52,848 nt of DNA from Acidimicrobiales bacterium (lineage in GTDB: Bacteria > Actinomycetota > Acidimicrobiia > Acidimicrobiales > Bog-793). The DNA lies in assembly GCA_052146895.1 (NCBI GenBank), contig JBKQLZ010000116.1, positions 1 to 52,848 of the forward strand, read 5' to 3'. The translations under genes were made by a program, and so were the position numbers. Shown in pieces: positions 1 through 8,856 of the stretch; position 1 is the first letter of the stretch, and each line of letters begins with the position of its first letter. The notes under the pieces were generated by a model that saw only the letters and a program-made list of their open reading frames with translations, was not told where the DNA came from and made no database searches.

Positions 1-25
1 TCCGAGACCGCCTCAACCAGCGACT

Positions 26-1243
26 TCAATCGGACACCGCAACCCCGGCAGCCACCCCGGCAGCCCCCTCAGCGACGACTTCCGCCGCCCTCAGCACGTC
101 CTCGTGCGAGAGATATAACGGCGTGAAGCCGAAACGGCAGAGATCCGGCGCCCGGAAGTCCCCGACCACTCCCCGGGCCGCCGCTCCTTCGATGATCGAC
201 CGGGCGTTCTCATGGCGAAGCGAGATCTGCGATCCACGCCGGCGCTGGTCGCGGGGCGAGACGACGACTAGCGAAGCCGGTGCGCGCTCCTCGACCGCCT
301 CCAAGAAGAGCTGGCTGAGTGAGAGCGATTTCGCCCGCACCTGCTCGATCGACACTCCGTCGAACGCCTCGAGGGCGGCTTCGAGGGCGGCCATGCTGAT
401 GATCGGCGGCGACGACGTCAGGAACCTCCGGATCCCGGCGGCCGGCGTCCAACTCGGCTCGAAGTCGAACGGCGCCTCGTGGCCGAGCCAGCCGGGGAGC
501 GGATTCTCCAGCTCAGCCTGCAAAGCGCGCCTCACGTACATGAAGCTCTGTGAGCCAGGTCCACCGTTCAGGTACTTGTATGTGCAGCCGACGGCGAGGT
601 CCACTCCGTGCTCCTCGAGTCCGACGACGACCGCTCCTGCCGAGTGGCACAGGTCCCACAACGACAGCGCGCCGACATCGTGCGTCCGTGCCGTAATCGC
701 AGGCAGGTCATGCATCTCACCGGTGCGGAAGTCGACGTGAGTGAGGCAGCACACCGCCACGTCGTCAGCGAGCGCCGCGGCGATCTCCGACCGGTCCACG
801 ATCCTCAACTCTGCGCCGAAGAGCCGTGCGACGGCCCCGGCCGAGAACAGGTCGCTCGGGAAGTTGTCCGCGCTCGAGAGGATCACCTTGCGGGAGGGAC
901 GAGCGTTCAATGCGGCGCCGAGCAGCTTCGCCAAAGCGATCGTTGTCGTATCTGCGACGATCACCTCGCCCGGCATCGCCCCGATCAGCGGCGCGATCCG
1001 GTCGCCAATCCGCTCCGGCGCCTCCATCCACCCGCAGCCGGTCCAGCCAGCGATCAGCCGGCTCCCCCACTCCTTCTCGACGAGCCTGCCCACATGACCG
1101 GCCACGCCGGTGCTGAGTGCGCCGAGAGAATTGCCGTCGAGGTAGACGATGCCTTCAGGCAGCAAGAACATCCCCCTCGCCCGCCCGATCTCGTCTGCCC
1201 TGTCGAGTTCCCGAGCCCGCTCGATCGTCCAGGCGTGTGTCAT
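26..1243 (-). CDS. kynU: Kynureninase (PLP-dependent)
   Basis: Motifs YLDGNSLG, WDLCHSAG, GCTYKYLNGGPG (PLP lysine), RGSQISL, GDFRAPD. Start reset to ATG 1243 (MTHAW...); the longer ORF call is antisense to the next gene. Confidence 0.93.
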   Translation of the reverse strand: MTHAWTIERARELDRADEIGRARGMFLLPEGIVYLDGNSLGALSTGVAGHVGRLVEKEWGSRLIAGWTGCGWMEAPERIGDRIAPLIGAMPGEVIVADTTTIALAKLLGAALNARPSRKVILSSADNFPSDLFSAGAVARLFGAELRIVDRSEIAAALADDVAVCCLTHVDFRTGEMHDLPAITARTHDVGALSLWDLCHSAGAVVVGLEEHGVDLAVGCTYKYLNGGPGSQSFMYVRRALQAELENPLPGWLGHEAPFDFEPSWTPAAGIRRFLTSSPPIISMAALEAALEAFDGVSIEQVRAKSLSLSQLFLEAVEERAPASLVVVSPRDQRRRGSQISLRHENARSIIEGAAARGVVGDFRAPDLCRFGFTPLYLSHEDVLRAAEVVAEGAAGVAAGVAVSD

Positions 1244-1303
1244 CAGTCCTGGATGGTACCGATGAGCCGCCGGCTGAGTCTCCGGATCGGCGACGATGGT
1301 GGC

Positions 1304-2341
1304 ATGGCAGGCAAGGAACCGCCGGCGCAGGTGGAAGTCGGGGGCCGCATCATCGACGTCACCAACCCGAGCAAGGTCTTCTTCTCCGCTCGCGGCGAGA
1401 CGAAGCTCGACCTGGCGCAGTACTACGCCGCCGTGGGAGCTGGGGCGCTCGTCGGCGTCTTCGAGAGGCCCACGGTGCTGAAGCGCTTCCCGAACGGCGC
1501 AGAGGGCGAGTTCTTCTACCAAAAGCGGGTCCCGCCGAACCGGCCCGATTGGCTGGAGACCGTCACGGTGACGTTCCCGAGCGGTCGCAGCGCGGAGGAG
1601 CTCTGCCCGACCGACGTCGCCCACATCGTTTGGGCGGCGAATCTCGGCTGCCTCGACTTGAACCCGTGGCCCGTCAGGCGGTCCGACGTAGACCATCCCG
1701 ACGAGCTTCGGGTTGATTTGGATCCGCAGCCGGGGTTGAGTTTCGATCAGGTGAGACAGGTGGCCCTCGAAGTGCGCGCCTTGCTCGACGAGCACGAGCT
1801 GGTCGGCTACCCGAAGACCTCCGGGTCCCGCGGAATCCACGTCAACGTGCGCATCGAGCGGCGTTGGGACTTCACGGAGGTGCGCCGGGCGGCGCTCGCT
1901 CTGGCACGGGCCGTCGAGCGGCGCATGCCGGGAATGGCCACCTCCAAGTGGTGGAAGGAGGAGCGTGGTGACGCCGTTTTCATCGACTACAACCAGAATG
2001 CCCGTGACCGGACCGTCGCCTCGGCATACAGCGTCCGCGCCAACGCGGAGGGACGCGTGTCGTGTCCCCTCGACTGGGACGAGGTGCCCGACGTCAATCC
2101 CTCCGATCTCACGATCGCAACCGTGCCCGCCCGGTTCCGCGACAAGGGTGACCCGGGGGCGGCGATCGATTCGCAGGCCTACTCGCTCGATTCGCTCATC
2201 GACCTCGCCCACCGGGACGAGGCCGGCGGTCTAGGCGACGCGCCTTGGCCGCCTCACTTCGCCAAGCAGCAGGGTGAGCCCCGGCGGGTCGCGCCGAGCC
2301 GCCGGAGAGCCGGTGGCGACGAGGACGGCGACGCCGACTAG
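1304..2341 (+). CDS. Stand-alone LigD-type primase-polymerase (Prim-PolC-like)
   Basis: Motifs TNPSKVFF, KRFPNG..FFYQK, DELRVDLDP, KTSGSRGIH, WWKEER, FIDYNQN. No ligase or phosphoesterase domain. Start ATG 1304 (MAGKEPP). Confidence 0.9.
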   Translation: MAGKEPPAQVEVGGRIIDVTNPSKVFFSARGETKLDLAQYYAAVGAGALVGVFERPTVLKRFPNGAEGEFFYQKRVPPNRPDWLETVTVTFPSGRSAEELCPTDVAHIVWAANLGCLDLNPWPVRRSDVDHPDELRVDLDPQPGLSFDQVRQVALEVRALLDEHELVGYPKTSGSRGIHVNVRIERRWDFTEVRRAALALARAVERRMPGMATSKWWKEERGDAVFIDYNQNARDRTVASAYSVRANAEGRVSCPLDWDEVPDVNPSDLTIATVPARFRDKGDPGAAIDSQAYSLDSLIDLAHRDEAGGLGDAPWPPHFAKQQGEPRRVAPSRRRAGGDEDGDAD

Positions 2342-2979
2342 GTCGACTTGTCCTCGATCTCCCACGCGTGGTCGAGGATGTGCCACACGCCTCGGCGAGC
2401 CGCGTACCGCAGGCTCCACCCGCGCTCGGTCACCGCGCTGCCGTCACCACCGACGAGGAACACGGCGAAGACCTCCTCGCGCCGGGCCTTGAGCTCGTCC
2501 AAGGAGGCGAGCTCGGGCTTGTAGCGGTCGAGACCGAGCTTGCGGCGGTAATCGACGTCGGCGGCGACCACGTGGGCGGCAACGGCGTCCCGGTCCCGAC
2601 CGCCACCGCGGGGGCCCTTGCGAAGCACTGCAGGCGCACCGGCGACGACCTCGTCGAAGTACTCCCAGGCCGCTTTCATGATGGCAGCGGTCCGCTCCCA
2701 CTCCCCGGGCTCGACCGGGCCGGAATCCCACGCGTACACAGCCCCGGGGGCGCCGAAATCGGTCGTCGCATTCCCGGCGACGCGCTCGACCACGTCGAGG
2801 TGGCCGGCATCGGGATCGAAGGCCAAGCCGGCGCGCACTACGACCGGGCGGTACCGACCCGCGTAGGAGACGAGCTCCGCGACGGCGGACTCCTCGTCAC
2901 GGCCCGACCTGGTCCACCCTGGCCACCCGAGCGCCGATGCGAACGTACGGCGCTTCCCGGCTTCCACTCCGACGATCAC
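2338..2979 (-). CDS. Conserved hypothetical protein (HicB-like N-terminus, DinB-like C-terminus)
   Basis: GTG 2979 with GGAGG upstream and GTGA overlap with the GDPD stop. Contains FASALGWPGWTRSG and C-terminal RRGVWHILDHAWEIED. Confidence 0.7.
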   Translation of the reverse strand: MIVGVEAGKRRTFASALGWPGWTRSGRDEESAVAELVSYAGRYRPVVVRAGLAFDPDAGHLDVVERVAGNATTDFGAPGAVYAWDSGPVEPGEWERTAAIMKAAWEYFDEVVAGAPAVLRKGPRGGGRDRDAVAAHVVAADVDYRRKLGLDRYKPELASLDELKARREEVFAVFLVGGDGSAVTERGWSLRYAARRGVWHILDHAWEIEDKST

Positions 2980-3743
2980 CTGGCCTCCAGTTGCTCGCGG
3001 ATCGCAAGGGCCGCCAACGGCCTGTTCGTCGTCACGACGTCGACGTCGGAATGCGCGAGCCAGCGCCGGAGCGATCTGTCGTCGTCGACCGTCCATACGA
3101 CGAGATCCATCCCGCGCCTCGTCAACCACCTTCTCAGAATGGGACCTGCGAGCGCATGGTGCGCCGCGACACCCGTTGCCCCGCACTGGTTGATGCGCGA
3201 GAACGGGAACACATCCCCTGACCACATCGTCAGGCGGTCGACCGTTCCGAGCCCGCGCCATTCGCGACCCAGCGTGAGCAAGGCCGGCACGGATGGGTGC
3301 GAGCCGCGCACTGCCGCGATCGACTCGTCAACCGAGGTGGTGACACTCACGCGGCGGGAACGCCCCAACACCGCTGCCACAGCCTCGGCCTCGTAGCCTG
3401 CCTCCTTCAGGTCGAGATGGATCTCGCAACGGCGCTCGGGATCGCTCGCGTCGAGAACGTCAAGAAACGTCTCGAACCCGAACACCCGCCCCTCCCCCAC
3501 CTCCCGATCGCCGATCTCGGCCCACGCGAGCCCATCTATCCGCCCGAGTCCTGGAAGTACAGCATCGTGCACGCAGACCAGCATGCCGTCGCCCGTGCGG
3601 CGGAGATCGACCTCGATCAGCTCGGCGCCGTGCGCGGCTGCCGACGAGAACGCCGAAAGAGTGGCGAAGGGCGCAATCTCGGCCCCTCCGCGGTGCCACG
3701 AGATCCTCGGGCGGACGCTCCTACCTGCGTCGCGGCCGCTCAT
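2976..3743 (-). CDS. Glycerophosphodiester phosphodiesterase family protein
   Basis: Motifs HRGG, IEVDLRRTGDG..VCVHD, LDLKE, VWTVDD, TTNRP. Start ATG 3743. Confidence 0.88.
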   Translation of the reverse strand: MSGRDAGRSVRPRISWHRGGAEIAPFATLSAFSSAAAHGAELIEVDLRRTGDGMLVCVHDAVLPGLGRIDGLAWAEIGDREVGEGRVFGFETFLDVLDASDPERRCEIHLDLKEAGYEAEAVAAVLGRSRRVSVTTSVDESIAAVRGSHPSVPALLTLGREWRGLGTVDRLTMWSGDVFPFSRINQCGATGVAAHHALAGPILRRWLTRRGMDLVVWTVDDDRSLRRWLAHSDVDVVTTNRPLAALAIREQLEAR

Positions 3744-3770
3744 CGCGCTTCGCGGGAGTACAACAGTGGG

Positions 3771-4712
3771 ATGGCTCGACCGCTCTGGAGGGACCTGCGC
3801 GAGGCCCGCCAGCAACGCTCGTTGGCACCGATCTCGACGATGACGGGGGTGCCGTTGCCGCCGAAGCCGCGTTTTGGGCTGGCGGCTGCATCGACGCTGA
3901 TAGCGCTCGCAGCACTCGTGGTCGTGCACGTAAACCACGGCTCGGTGTACTCCCACAGCTTCGACGAGCGCGTCTGGGCGTGGACCATGTCGGGAGTCTT
4001 CCTGATCTTTGGCTCAATCGCCGTCAGGCGCGTTGCCACGCAGTTCGGGCGCCTCGTCCACGTCGGCGGTGGCCCCACCGCTGGCGCGGCATTGCGTCTC
4101 ATCCTCACGCTCGGTGGATTGCTCATCGTGATCATCGTCACGATCGGCCTGCTCGGAGTGAACCCGACCCAGCTGTTGGCAGCTGCCGGGATCACAGGAG
4201 TCATCTTCGGCCTCGCTGCCCAGCAGAGCCTCGGGAACGTCTTCGCCGGCATAGTCCTGATGGTGGCACGCCCGTTCTCCGTCGGCCAGCGGATCCGGGT
4301 CCGGTACGGCACGTTCGGTGGGGTCATCGACGGCGAGGTACGCGGAATGGGACTCACATACGTCGACCTCATGACCGATGAAGGACCGGTCAAGATGCCC
4401 AATCTCGGGATGCTCTCCGCAGCGGTCGGACCAGCGCCAGCGCCGGAGAGGCCCGAGAACGAGCCCACCTTGTACGTGGACAGGGCGATCCCGAGGCGCC
4501 CTCCCCGAGTCACATCCCCGCAGGGAAACCGACGACAGCACCCGGAGTACACGGTCCGAAGGCCGCGCGACATCATCTGGCGAGCGCGCAGGCGCCACGA
4601 GAAGGCCAGCGGTCCTCCCTCACAGGCTTCGCCGCGGGATTCGCCGCCGGCGCACGACTCGACCGAATCGAACGGCATCCCGGAAGGGCCGAGCGGCCCG
4701 GAGACCGATTAG
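3771..4712 (+). CDS. Small-conductance mechanosensitive channel (MscS family)
   Basis: Hydrophobic helices, GLAAQQSLGNVFAG and RPFSVGQRI motifs, Arg/Pro-rich tail. Start ATG 3771. Confidence 0.85.
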   Translation: MARPLWRDLREARQQRSLAPISTMTGVPLPPKPRFGLAAASTLIALAALVVVHVNHGSVYSHSFDERVWAWTMSGVFLIFGSIAVRRVATQFGRLVHVGGGPTAGAALRLILTLGGLLIVIIVTIGLLGVNPTQLLAAAGITGVIFGLAAQQSLGNVFAGIVLMVARPFSVGQRIRVRYGTFGGVIDGEVRGMGLTYVDLMTDEGPVKMPNLGMLSAAVGPAPAPERPENEPTLYVDRAIPRRPPRVTSPQGNRRQHPEYTVRRPRDIIWRARRRHEKASGPPSQASPRDSPPAHDSTESNGIPEGPSGPETD

Positions 4713-4737
4713 GCCCAATTCGGGGGCCGGGCGCCGC

Positions 4738-6507
4738 TCATGGCAGGGCTGCGGGGCACCCCGTCGGTCCGACGGCGCTGTTGACGTCGTAGCCGTGACC
4801 GTTGTGCGCCTGCCAAGCGGACAAGGCGAGGTAGGAGTTGTCGGGGTCGTCGAAGTTCCCGTTACCGGCGCTCGCCGTCGACAGCCGGCCATAGTCGCTG
4901 CAGTCGAAGACGTCGGGTGCGGTCTTGATCGGCTGATTGTCGATCTCCAGCAAGGGATTCAACTTGTCGGCCGCGTCGTATCCGAGGATCGTGTTGCCCC
5001 ACAACATGATGTTCTCGTAGTGGCCAGAGATGTCGACCACCGGTGCGTCTTGTGACTTGCTTGCGCCATAGAACTGGCTCTCGTTCGAGAACGTGTTGCC
5101 GTGTGCGTAGACGTCCTCGATCATCGAGCCGGCGCCGTAGGAATCGACGTAGAAGGCCTCGTACGCGTGACCGGCGTCAGTCGACTTGCCTGGGACGCCG
5201 GGCGGGTTCGACCCCGAGCTCGGCGCGCCGAGGCTCGTGCCGGGACCGTCGAAGACGGTGTTGCCGGTCACGAGGATGTGGTCAGTGAGACGTTTCGGGG
5301 TCTCGACATCGGCGTCGATGCCCTGATCGGTGTTGTAGACGGTGTTGTCGCTGATCCAGATGTACGAGGCACCGTCGTCGTAGATCCCGGCCGCGTTCTC
5401 CGCCAGGTTGGCGCATGCTCCGTCGACCCAGCGGCCGTAGGAGTGGTTGTCGTAGGTGTCGACATTCGCGACCGTGTTGTCGGCGATCAGACCGTCTCTG
5501 GCCTGGTCGGTGCCTTCCTCCCAGCCGATCGCGTCCATGCCGATGTTGTCGGTGTCGTAGACCTTGTCGTTCGCCTCGAGGAAGTCCTGAACGTCACCGT
5601 TGACCGTCACTGTCTCGCTCTCGCCGGTCCTCGTGTGATCGACCTTGTCGCCCTCGATGACCACGTGCTGGAGGGCGTGCGCTTCGTCGTTCCCGTAGGA
5701 CAGCACCGCGATCCCGAACGCACCGACGTCGCTGTTGTTGCAGTCCGTCCGGACGTTCGATACCTCGTCTGCGCGGTTCACGATCCCCGAGATCGTGTCG
5801 TCGATCAGGTAGATGTCGCTGCAGACGTCGTCGCCCTTCAGGAAGCACGCCGATTCGTGAGGCGTCTTCGACTCGTTCGTCTGCGTGCTCTGGCGAACCG
5901 TCACGAGGATCCCCGTCGGGGCATAGTCCGGGCCATCCGCCCAGTAACCGGAGATGTCGAGCCCCTCGACCTCGACGCTGCGCGAGTCCGTGATGTCCAC
6001 GCCACCGGTGTCACCACCGTCGTGATCGTTCGGATTGGGGTCGGCGGCTCTCACCTCGCCGAGAGCGAGGTGCGCGCTCTTGCCCGGCTCGGCTTCGATC
6101 ACCAGCAGAGGCGCCGACCACTTCGACCACACGTGGATCGGGGATGTAAAGGTGCCCGAGAGGCAGAGCACGTAGCGGCTCGTGATCGAGTTCTCCTTCG
6201 ACTCGATCAGCGCGTTCACTGAGGCCGAGCTGGCGCCCTTGGCGGACGCGGCGATGTAGTCGCAGCCGGAGACCGGTCCACGGGGGCTGCCGGTGGGCGT
6301 CTTGGGGTTGGGGATGAGCCCATCGCCGTCGACCGGCGTGACGCCGGTGGTCTCCATGTGGAACTGGGAATCGGTGGCCGAGACCGGCGGAGCCGGTTGG
6401 GTGACCTCGGTCGTCGAGCGGCCAGGGCTGGCGGCGGCGAGCGACACGGCGGCGAGGGCAAGGGTGCTGGCAACCCACACGATCGAACGCGGACGGCAGA
6501 GTTGCAT
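4738..6507 (-). CDS. Secreted right-handed parallel beta-helix (pectin-lyase-like) protein
   Basis: N-terminal signal peptide (RPRSIVWVASTLALAAVSLAAA). Repeats such as ESETVTVNGDV, NIGMDAIG, AAGIYDDG, ISDNTVY, VTGNTVF. Asp/Asn-rich. Confidence 0.75.
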   Translation of the reverse strand: MQLCRPRSIVWVASTLALAAVSLAAASPGRSTTEVTQPAPPVSATDSQFHMETTGVTPVDGDGLIPNPKTPTGSPRGPVSGCDYIAASAKGASSASVNALIESKENSITSRYVLCLSGTFTSPIHVWSKWSAPLLVIEAEPGKSAHLALGEVRAADPNPNDHDGGDTGGVDITDSRSVEVEGLDISGYWADGPDYAPTGILVTVRQSTQTNESKTPHESACFLKGDDVCSDIYLIDDTISGIVNRADEVSNVRTDCNNSDVGAFGIAVLSYGNDEAHALQHVVIEGDKVDHTRTGESETVTVNGDVQDFLEANDKVYDTDNIGMDAIGWEEGTDQARDGLIADNTVANVDTYDNHSYGRWVDGACANLAENAAGIYDDGASYIWISDNTVYNTDQGIDADVETPKRLTDHILVTGNTVFDGPGTSLGAPSSGSNPPGVPGKSTDAGHAYEAFYVDSYGAGSMIEDVYAHGNTFSNESQFYGASKSQDAPVVDISGHYENIMLWGNTILGYDAADKLNPLLEIDNQPIKTAPDVFDCSDYGRLSTASAGNGNFDDPDNSYLALSAWQAHNGHGYDVNSAVGPTGCPAALP

Positions 6508-6549
6508 GCGGTCAGTCTCGCGTGCCTCGAGGCGGCGATACCGTGCGGG

Positions 6550-7428
6550 ATGGCGCAATTCCCCATCACCTGGCTCGAAGTGTTCGCCGAAGCCGCTTTG
6601 CAGGGCAACCTCCACGCCGTGGTGCATCAGGCGGATCCGATCGCAACCTCGACGATGGCGGCATTCGCCACGAGGATGCGGCTGTCGGAGACGAGCTACG
6701 TCCAGAGCCCGACCGAAGCCTCGGCCGACTATCTCCACCGCATCTTCACGGTTGCAGGCGAGATCCCCTTCGCCGGGCATCCCTCGCTCGGGACGGCCGC
6801 GGCCGTGGCATTGGCCAAGGGGTTGTCATCGGCACGCTTGGCCCAGCAGACGCTGGCAGGCATCCAGCACCTCACGGTCGACCTCAAACCGGACGGTTCG
6901 CAAGGAACCGTCGAGATCATGCAGAACCCGCCGGAGCACCTCGGGAACCATGACTCAAAGCCTGTGCTCGAAGCGCTCGGCTTGGAGGCTGACGACGGCC
7001 ATCCGACGCTCCCTGCGACGGTCATCTCGACCGGGCTTCCCACGCTGATCCTGCCTGTCCGGGACGTGGGAGTGCTTTCACGACCCTCACCCGACCTCGC
7101 TTTGCTCTTCACCGCGCTCGACAGCCTCGGCCACAATGTGATCACGTGCTACGTCGTCGCCAATCTCGGCGAAGGAGCCTGGCGAGCACGCTGCTTTACG
7201 CCGCAGGTAGCTAGTGGCGAGGACGCAGCAACCGGCTCGGCTGCCGGCCCTCTCACCGCGTTCGCGAGTCGTGAGCTCGGTCAGAGCGCGATCGTCATCG
7301 ATCAAGGCATCGAGATGGGATCGCCGAGCCGGCTCTACGGGCGCGTGGATGGCGGGGCCGTGATCGTCTCCGGGTCGGTGCGCATCATCGGGCAGGGCAC
7401 CATCGAGCTGCCAGTGCTGGCCGGATGA
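6550..7428 (+). CDS. PhzF family isomerase/epimerase
   Basis: Motifs VF....QGN, SETSYV, EIPFAGHPSLG, STGLP, EDAATGSAAG, QGIEMGSPS. Start ATG 6550. Confidence 0.9.
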   Translation: MAQFPITWLEVFAEAALQGNLHAVVHQADPIATSTMAAFATRMRLSETSYVQSPTEASADYLHRIFTVAGEIPFAGHPSLGTAAAVALAKGLSSARLAQQTLAGIQHLTVDLKPDGSQGTVEIMQNPPEHLGNHDSKPVLEALGLEADDGHPTLPATVISTGLPTLILPVRDVGVLSRPSPDLALLFTALDSLGHNVITCYVVANLGEGAWRARCFTPQVASGEDAATGSAAGPLTAFASRELGQSAIVIDQGIEMGSPSRLYGRVDGGAVIVSGSVRIIGQGTIELPVLAG

Positions 7429-8831
7429 GCGGCAGCGCCGGGAGTCACGCGGGCTTCCTCTCGGAGGTCGAAGCGGTCGTCGGCGCGCGCGACTGCATGA
7501 CCGATCAGGAGGTAGTCGCATCCTTCACGACGGATTGGACGGGTCGGTACTCGGGCGACGCCGTTGCGGTCGTGCGGCCGGCGAACCCCGAGGAAGTCGC
7601 GGCAGTGCTCGTCGCAGCCGGCCGCCACGGGGTTGCGGTGATCCCACAGGGGGGCAACACCGGCTTGGTCGGAGGCTCGGTACCCCGGGCGGATCAGGCG
7701 GAGAGTCGCGCACAGGTCGTGCTCAGCTTGCGTCGTCTCGCGGGTGTCGACCAGCTCGACGCGGTCTCGCGCCTGCTCGGGGCTGGAGCCGGCACGACGC
7801 TCGCCGCAGCGCAGGAGGCGGCTTCCCGCGCCGGCTTCCACGTCGGCATCGATCTGGCCGCCCGAGACTCGGCAACGCTCGGAGGCATGGTTGCGACGAA
7901 CGCGGGCGGGCTTCACGTCTTCCGCTACGGGCCGATGCGGGCCCGGCTCGCCGGGGTTGAAGCAGTCCTTGCTGACGGCACGATCGTCTCGCACCTGAGC
8001 GGTCTCGTGAAGGACAACGTCGGCTGGGATCTCGGGGCTTTGCTAGCAGGCAGCGAAGGCACCTTGGCTGTCGTCACCCGCGTGATGATGCGCATGGAAC
8101 CTTTGCCGCGCCACCGCGTCGCTGCACTCGTCGCACTGCCCGACGCAAGCGCCGCCGTGGACCTCGTGACGGGACCACTGCGATCCCTGCCCTCGCTCGA
8201 AGCAGCAGAGCTGACGCTCGTCGACGGAATGCGCCTGGTATGCGAGCACGCCGCCCTGCCCGCGCCCATCGGCCTCGCCGACGGAGCCGCTGCCTGGCTG
8301 ACCGTGGAGGCAGCTTCGGCGCACGACCCGACGGACGAGCTCGCCGGCGCACTCGCCGACGGCAGGGTCCTAGCGGCCGCGGTCGCCGCGGACCCGCAGA
8401 CGCGGACACGGCTCTGGGCGTACCGAGAACGCCACACGGAGGCCGTCGCGACGCTCGGCATCCCCCACAAGCTCGATGTGGCCGTGGTGCCGTCTCGTCT
8501 CCCGGAGCTGCTCGACGCGCTTCCGTTTGTCGTCGAGGAGGCGTGCCCTTCCGCCCGCCTGATCGTCTGGGGACACGTGGCCGACGGGAACGTCCACGTC
8601 AACGTCATCGGGCCGCCCGCCGACGACTACACGATCGACGACGCCGTCATCCAACTTGTCCTAGGTCTCGGCGGCTCAATCTCGGCCGAGCACGGCATCG
8701 GCGTGGCGAAGAACCGCTGGCTTGCTGCCGCGAGGCCTTCGGGCACGCTCGACCTGATGTCGCGCGTGAAGCTCGCCCTCGACCCGGCCTCGATCTTGAA
8801 CCCTGGAGTGCTCGAGCCGACTCAGTCGTGA
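7425..8831 (+). CDS. FAD-linked oxidoreductase (D-2-hydroxyacid/GlcD-like)
   Basis: Motifs PQGGNTGLVGG, GGMVATNAGG, GSEGTLAVVT, GHVADGNVH, SAEHGIG, LNPG. ATGA overlap with the phzF-like gene. Confidence 0.9.
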   Translation: MSGSAGSHAGFLSEVEAVVGARDCMTDQEVVASFTTDWTGRYSGDAVAVVRPANPEEVAAVLVAAGRHGVAVIPQGGNTGLVGGSVPRADQAESRAQVVLSLRRLAGVDQLDAVSRLLGAGAGTTLAAAQEAASRAGFHVGIDLAARDSATLGGMVATNAGGLHVFRYGPMRARLAGVEAVLADGTIVSHLSGLVKDNVGWDLGALLAGSEGTLAVVTRVMMRMEPLPRHRVAALVALPDASAAVDLVTGPLRSLPSLEAAELTLVDGMRLVCEHAALPAPIGLADGAAAWLTVEAASAHDPTDELAGALADGRVLAAAVAADPQTRTRLWAYRERHTEAVATLGIPHKLDVAVVPSRLPELLDALPFVVEEACPSARLIVWGHVADGNVHVNVIGPPADDYTIDDAVIQLVLGLGGSISAEHGIGVAKNRWLAAARPSGTLDLMSRVKLALDPASILNPGVLEPTQS

Positions 8832-8856
8832 GCCGGGACGTGTCTTGTGCGAAGCG

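Noticed and set aside
42-65. 12-bp tandem duplication ACCCCGGCAGCC x2 at the kynU 3' end
   Set aside because: Only duplicates four residues (AAGV) in a non-conserved tail; two copies, no sign of function.
608-2212. Apparent long overlap of the 728-aa and 577-aa ORFs
   Set aside because: Upstream extensions are antisense shadows; recognisable domains start at 1243 (-) and 1304 (+).
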